A stretch of 64,000 nt of DNA from Macrostomum lignano (lineage: Eukaryota). How positions within the stretch are numbered: the first letter of the stretch is position 1; every line of letters begins with the position of its first letter. Shown in pieces: positions 60,037-64,000 of the stretch. A program made the position numbers and the translations under genes. The DNA is taken from contig NIVC01003865.1 of NCBI GenBank assembly GCA_002269645.1, positions 9,100 through 73,099 on the forward strand. Direction: 5' to 3'. Under the pieces are notes generated by a model. The model saw only the letters and a program-made list of their open reading frames with translations, was not told the DNA's origin and did not search any database.

Positions 60037-60510
60037 AATGGTCGGCAGTTTTTTTTACCTCAAGGGCCAGATGAAGAATTCAGCTCATTTCTGAGGGCCA
60101 GATAAGAAAGGAAATGCGAGAGAGTAGAAGATTAGAGATAAGAGAGAGGCAAGAGATGGGATCAGAGAAGAGAGAAGAGGTGAGAGAAGGGAGAGGAAAG
60201 AAGAGAGGAGAGGAGAAAAGATGAGAGGAGAGTGGAGGGTAGATAGATGAGAGAAGATGGGAGAGAGGAGAGAGAAGAGTGCAGAGAGGAGAGCGGAGGG
60301 GAGATAGAAGAGAGAAGATGAGAGAGGAGGAGAGGAGAGGAGAGAGAAGAATGAAGAGGAGAAAGAGGAGAGTGAGTAGAGAAGAGATGAGAGAAGATAA
60401 AGAGGGAAGAGGAAGAGATCTGAGAAGAGACAAAACCTTGAGCGGGCGGATTGCTATTTGTGAAGTTTCAATTTTCAGAGGACTCGAAGGCCGGATGTTT
60501 TATTGCATAG
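60037..60510 (-). mobile_element. hAT-type MITE copy in inverse orientation, degenerate ends, internal GA-rich tract
   Basis: TTTTACCTCAAGGGCCAGAT at 60054 and CTTGAGCGGGCGGATTGCTATTTGTGAAGTTTCA at 60437 are reverse complements of internal parts of the 7672 and 24622 copies. Confidence 0.75.
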
Positions 60511-61039
60511 CAACTATTTAAAGACTTGTGCTTTAAAAATGTAACAAAAATTGAAAACCAGTTCATATTTGTTAGAATGAGGCGTTAAAACGTGATCTGG
60601 CTGGGTAAGAAAAGGTTGGCGCTGTCCCAGATGCTCGCTCTGAAGTCTCCCTGGCTCCGGGATGTACCGGCGGGGAATGGGGTCTGACAGTCTGACAGCT
60701 TGAGCGATGAAGACCGGGCCCTGTGCAGACCCATGTTCGTTCCTGCTAAACTTTTTCTGTGGCTCCAACAGCCACTGCTGCTTCTGCGCCTGCCCTGGCC
60801 GCTCTGTTGGCATGCATTCGGTGTCTGCAGGATGTGTTTTGACTTGCATTGGTATCCACTACAATACCTCAGCAATATCTTGGATCCTGGCCCCAGAGTG
60901 ACTGCTGGATTAAAAATTGCCCTTTGTTGTAGAAATGCGACTGACATTCAAATTCAGGCCAGTGCTTAAATTGTTCAATAATTTCTCCTAGAAAGTTATT
61001 CATTTTTTAAGATGAGGCATGATATTTAGGGGGCAAGAG

Positions 61040-61800
61040 CATCTCATCGGCTAGCACCTGACTCCCGCGCATGCAACCCTCAGTTCGATTCTGTGCGTGT
61101 GAAGTGTACATGCCTGAGAGTGTACATGCCTGCAGAGAGTGTACATGCCTGAGAGTGTACATGCCTGAGAGTGTACATGCCTGAGAGTGTACATGCCTGA
61201 GAGTACATGCCTGAGAGTGTACATGCCTGAGAGTGTACATGCCTGAGAGTGTACATGCCTGCAGAGAGTGTACATGCCTGAGAGTGTACATGCCTGAGAG
61301 TGTACATGCCTGAGAGTGTACATGCCTGAGAGTGTACATGCCTGAGAGTGTACATGCCTGAGAGTGTACATGCCTGAGAGTGTACATGCCTGAGAGTGTA
61401 CATGCCTGAGAGTGTACATGCCTGAGAGTGTACATGCCTGAGAGTGTACATGCCTGAGAGTGCACATGCCTGAGAGTGTACATGCCTGAGAGTGTACATG
61501 CCTGAGAGTGTACATGCCTGAGAGTGTACATGCCTGAGAGTGTACATGCCTGAGAGTGTACATGCCTGAGACTGTACATGCCTGAGAGTGTACATGCCTG
61601 AGACTGTACATGCCTGAGAGTGTACATGCCTGAGAGTGTACATGTCTGAGGATCAGAAAGTCAGTGCCGCTGTACACCCTGTGTGAGCGTGGGCATGAGT
61701 GCGTGCCTGAGTACAGTATTGGCGCGCTTGTATGTGCTCAGCAGTCAGTGGAATGAGCAGAGTTGCCGTCAGCGCTGGCTGTGGCATGTTGTGGACCATG
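61040..61800 (+). mobile_element. Probable tRNA-derived SINE, copy 3, with an internal 16-bp satellite expansion (61103-61640)
   Basis: Head GGCTAGCACCTGACTCCCGCGC...AGTTCGATTC carries a B-box-like GTTCGATTC; (GAGAGTGTACATGCCT)n grades directly into the family body GAGAGTGTACATGTCTGAGGATCAG. Confidence 0.55.
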
Positions 61801-62974
61801 CTGGCGAAGGCGTTGCACTAGGGTGCCGTCAACTGTCTGATATAAGTATGTGTATATGATTTACCCGTATGCTCTCTAGAAGAAGAAATAGAGAGTAGCG
61901 TCCTTCTACTGCAGTTGTCTCTGCCTCTATAGTTGTAAGCTTTCGAATTTAAAATGCTGACTGCATGGTAAGTGAGGGTCTTACACTGAAGTATTATTGC
62001 GATGCCCAATACAGGTACTCACCCTGTGGGACTCAGCACTAAAGCGTTCCGGGATTGCCTTGACTCCATTGACTAGAATAAGCTTGCGAGTGGCAAGTTG
62101 GAAATTTCATTACAAAACACCGGTAGGTTCGCAAGAAATAGTCTCTATGTTTTGTTCAATACAGTCGGTAGCCTCATCAGTCTTGCAGCATCTTCCTCTG
62201 TCTGCTGGCCTTTCTGCAGCTTCAACTGTGATTGGCTGGAGAAAAAGTTCGCGAAGGTTCTTGCCGGAATCGTTGGCTCCCGCTGTCTGGTTTGAGTTTA
62301 GTTTTACTCTTAGTGGATTACATGTTTTGGTTTGGTAGTTCGCTACCACCAGGTTTCCTGATATTCCCTAATCCTAGCAAAAGAGATAAAAACAGACTGC
62401 TGAAATCCAAAGAGAATTATTAATTTGAAAGGTGTTAAAAAAAGATCCAAACAAGCAAGCATGCAATGTGTATTTAAAGTATTAGTTTCTAGGTTGCAAT
62501 TGTAATTAGGCTCATCATTGGTGACACCATGGGCCTCGTTGATTAGAACAAGGCGCGCCATAGGTCATACCGCTCTCAATGTATGACCTATACAAAAGAG
62601 ATCTGATATTGCGAGCGATCCTTTTCATGGAATATTCACTGGCTAAAAAGAACTTCAGTTTGTCTAATTTGAATGCTTGGAGCTGTGCTCCAAACCATAG
62701 TGTCTAAATAGAATATCGTCTTGTCTAAAAAGAACTGTTGTTTTGTTGAAATTGAACGAGAAAAGTTGTACTCGTAATATCATAATATTAGAATAATTGG
62801 TCATACAGGCAAAAGTTTATGTGCGGTCTCATGGCATCTATGATCTATGGTGTGTTTAGACCAACACACGATGCCATAGACCATAGAAATCAAGAATTCC
62901 CTGTCGTCAAGGAATAGAGACAATCCTGACTATGCGAGGAATATCACATTCTAGGAATCTATGCTGAAGTACTC

Positions 62975-63130
62975 GTAGTCATGCCAGACACCGTCGAAGG
63001 CACCCTTGACGTCAAAGAAGCTGGAAATGGTGTAATTCTTGAGCTGGAGCATTTTCAGAACATCGTCTATGAGCCGTAAAATGTAGTCGAATGTACAGTG
63101 GTCTTGCCTGAACACGCATTGGCTCAAACC
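62975..63130 (-). mobile_element. Decayed reverse-transcriptase fragment of a LINE
   Basis: QCVFRQDHCTFDYILRLIDDVLKMLQLKNYTISSFFDVKGAFDGVWHD matches the QxGFR...T.D....L.DD.....FxDVxxAFDxVWH RT motif. Confidence 0.8.
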
Positions 63131-63679
63131 TCTGTGCAGTCATGTGACCCTTCCCAGAGCCCAACTGCTCTATACTTGCGGAGAAACTCCTAAACTCCCT
63201 GTCCATCCCCGGCACCAACATTTCCCAAGCCTGAACTACTACTAGTAGGCTATAAGCATATCTGCTCTGCTACATTGTCAATAGCACTCAGTCAGTTAGT
63301 GACTCCATGGTGAGGGCCGCGGCACGAATTATATATTTTTTAAATAAATGACCTCAATAAATAAGAGATATTAAATTCGAGCTCTGCGGAATGATGCTTC
63401 TGCATAAAAAAATAACCATATATATTTGTCTTTAGTTCGATTCTTGATTTTTAAAATGTTGACAAAAAATTCATGTATAAACAGATGCAGGAATGCATAC
63501 AGTCAATTGGATCACACGATTGATATCAAAAATAGAAAATATTTTTTTCGAGGTATACGAGTACAAATGACCACGGAGAATAAGCTTTCAACTTCAGGTT
63601 TCTACATTGATTTATACAATACGGAAGTATGAGACTGAGCGAGTGTAGTTCGGATTTGATCGATTTGCCATTGTATTGA

Positions 63680-63930
63680 TTGATCGATCAATCAGCCAGT
63701 CAGCCAGTCTATCAATCAATCAATCAATCAGCTAATAAATAAATTAGACAATAAATGAATTAATTAATCAGCCAATCAATCAATCAGCCAATCAATTAAC
63801 CAATCAGCCAATCATAAAAATCAATCAATCAATCAATCAATCAGTCAGTCAACCCTGCAAATCTAAACACCAATAGATGAATCAATCGATCAAACAATAA
63901 ATAAAATAATCGAATCCCATCAATCAATCA
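63680..63930. repeat. Degenerate (CAAT)n/(CAGC)n microsatellite
   Basis: Direct reading. Confidence 0.85.
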
Positions 63931-64000
63931 AAAGTCAAGCGCCCCGTCACCGCCAAGGCTGCCCACCGGAGACGCATCTGCCATTATCATAGGTTGAGTT

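Noticed and set aside
59600-62350. Candidate RING-encoding upstream LNX exons (e.g. ORFs at 60514-60947 and 62110-62349)
   Set aside because: They lack the C3HC4 spacing and have no convincing in-phase splice sites.
62530-62890. Short hairpins (ATAGGTCATAC...GTATGACCTAT) as Helitron ends or RNA genes
   Set aside because: No adjacent CTRR terminus or second copy was identified.

Overview
Eukaryotic (animal) genomic DNA with six spliced genes. GC-rich exons and minisatellite-packed introns resemble the flatworm Macrostomum, but the species is an inference only. Genes reconstructed by hand from GT/GC-AG boundaries and remembered protein motifs: RPIA (last two exons, +), an NPDC1/cab-1-like membrane protein (-) with two alternative signal-peptide first exons, a DUF4773 type II membrane protein (+), a DEF8/Rubicon-homology protein (-), PRPF18 (+, complete) and an LNX-like PDZ protein (-). 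Mobile DNA includes a full-length 5.75 kb LOA/R1-type LINE with RNase H inserted in a minisatellite, an internally deleted long-TIR mariner, a foldback element whose TIRs are built from a 161-bp satellite around a decayed DDE_Tnp_4/SWIM-type transposase, hAT and MULE MITEs with target-site duplications, a probable tRNA-derived SINE family and LINE fragments. About 25 tandem arrays generate most of the long ORFs in the track, which are artefacts. The most interesting observations are a palindromic element that appears to donate the splice donor of a DEF8 exon, satellites visibly arising from transposon sequence, the dual-leader NPDC1 gene, and AT-rich satellite-free domains at gene 5' ends. No database searches were run; all homology calls are motif recognition.
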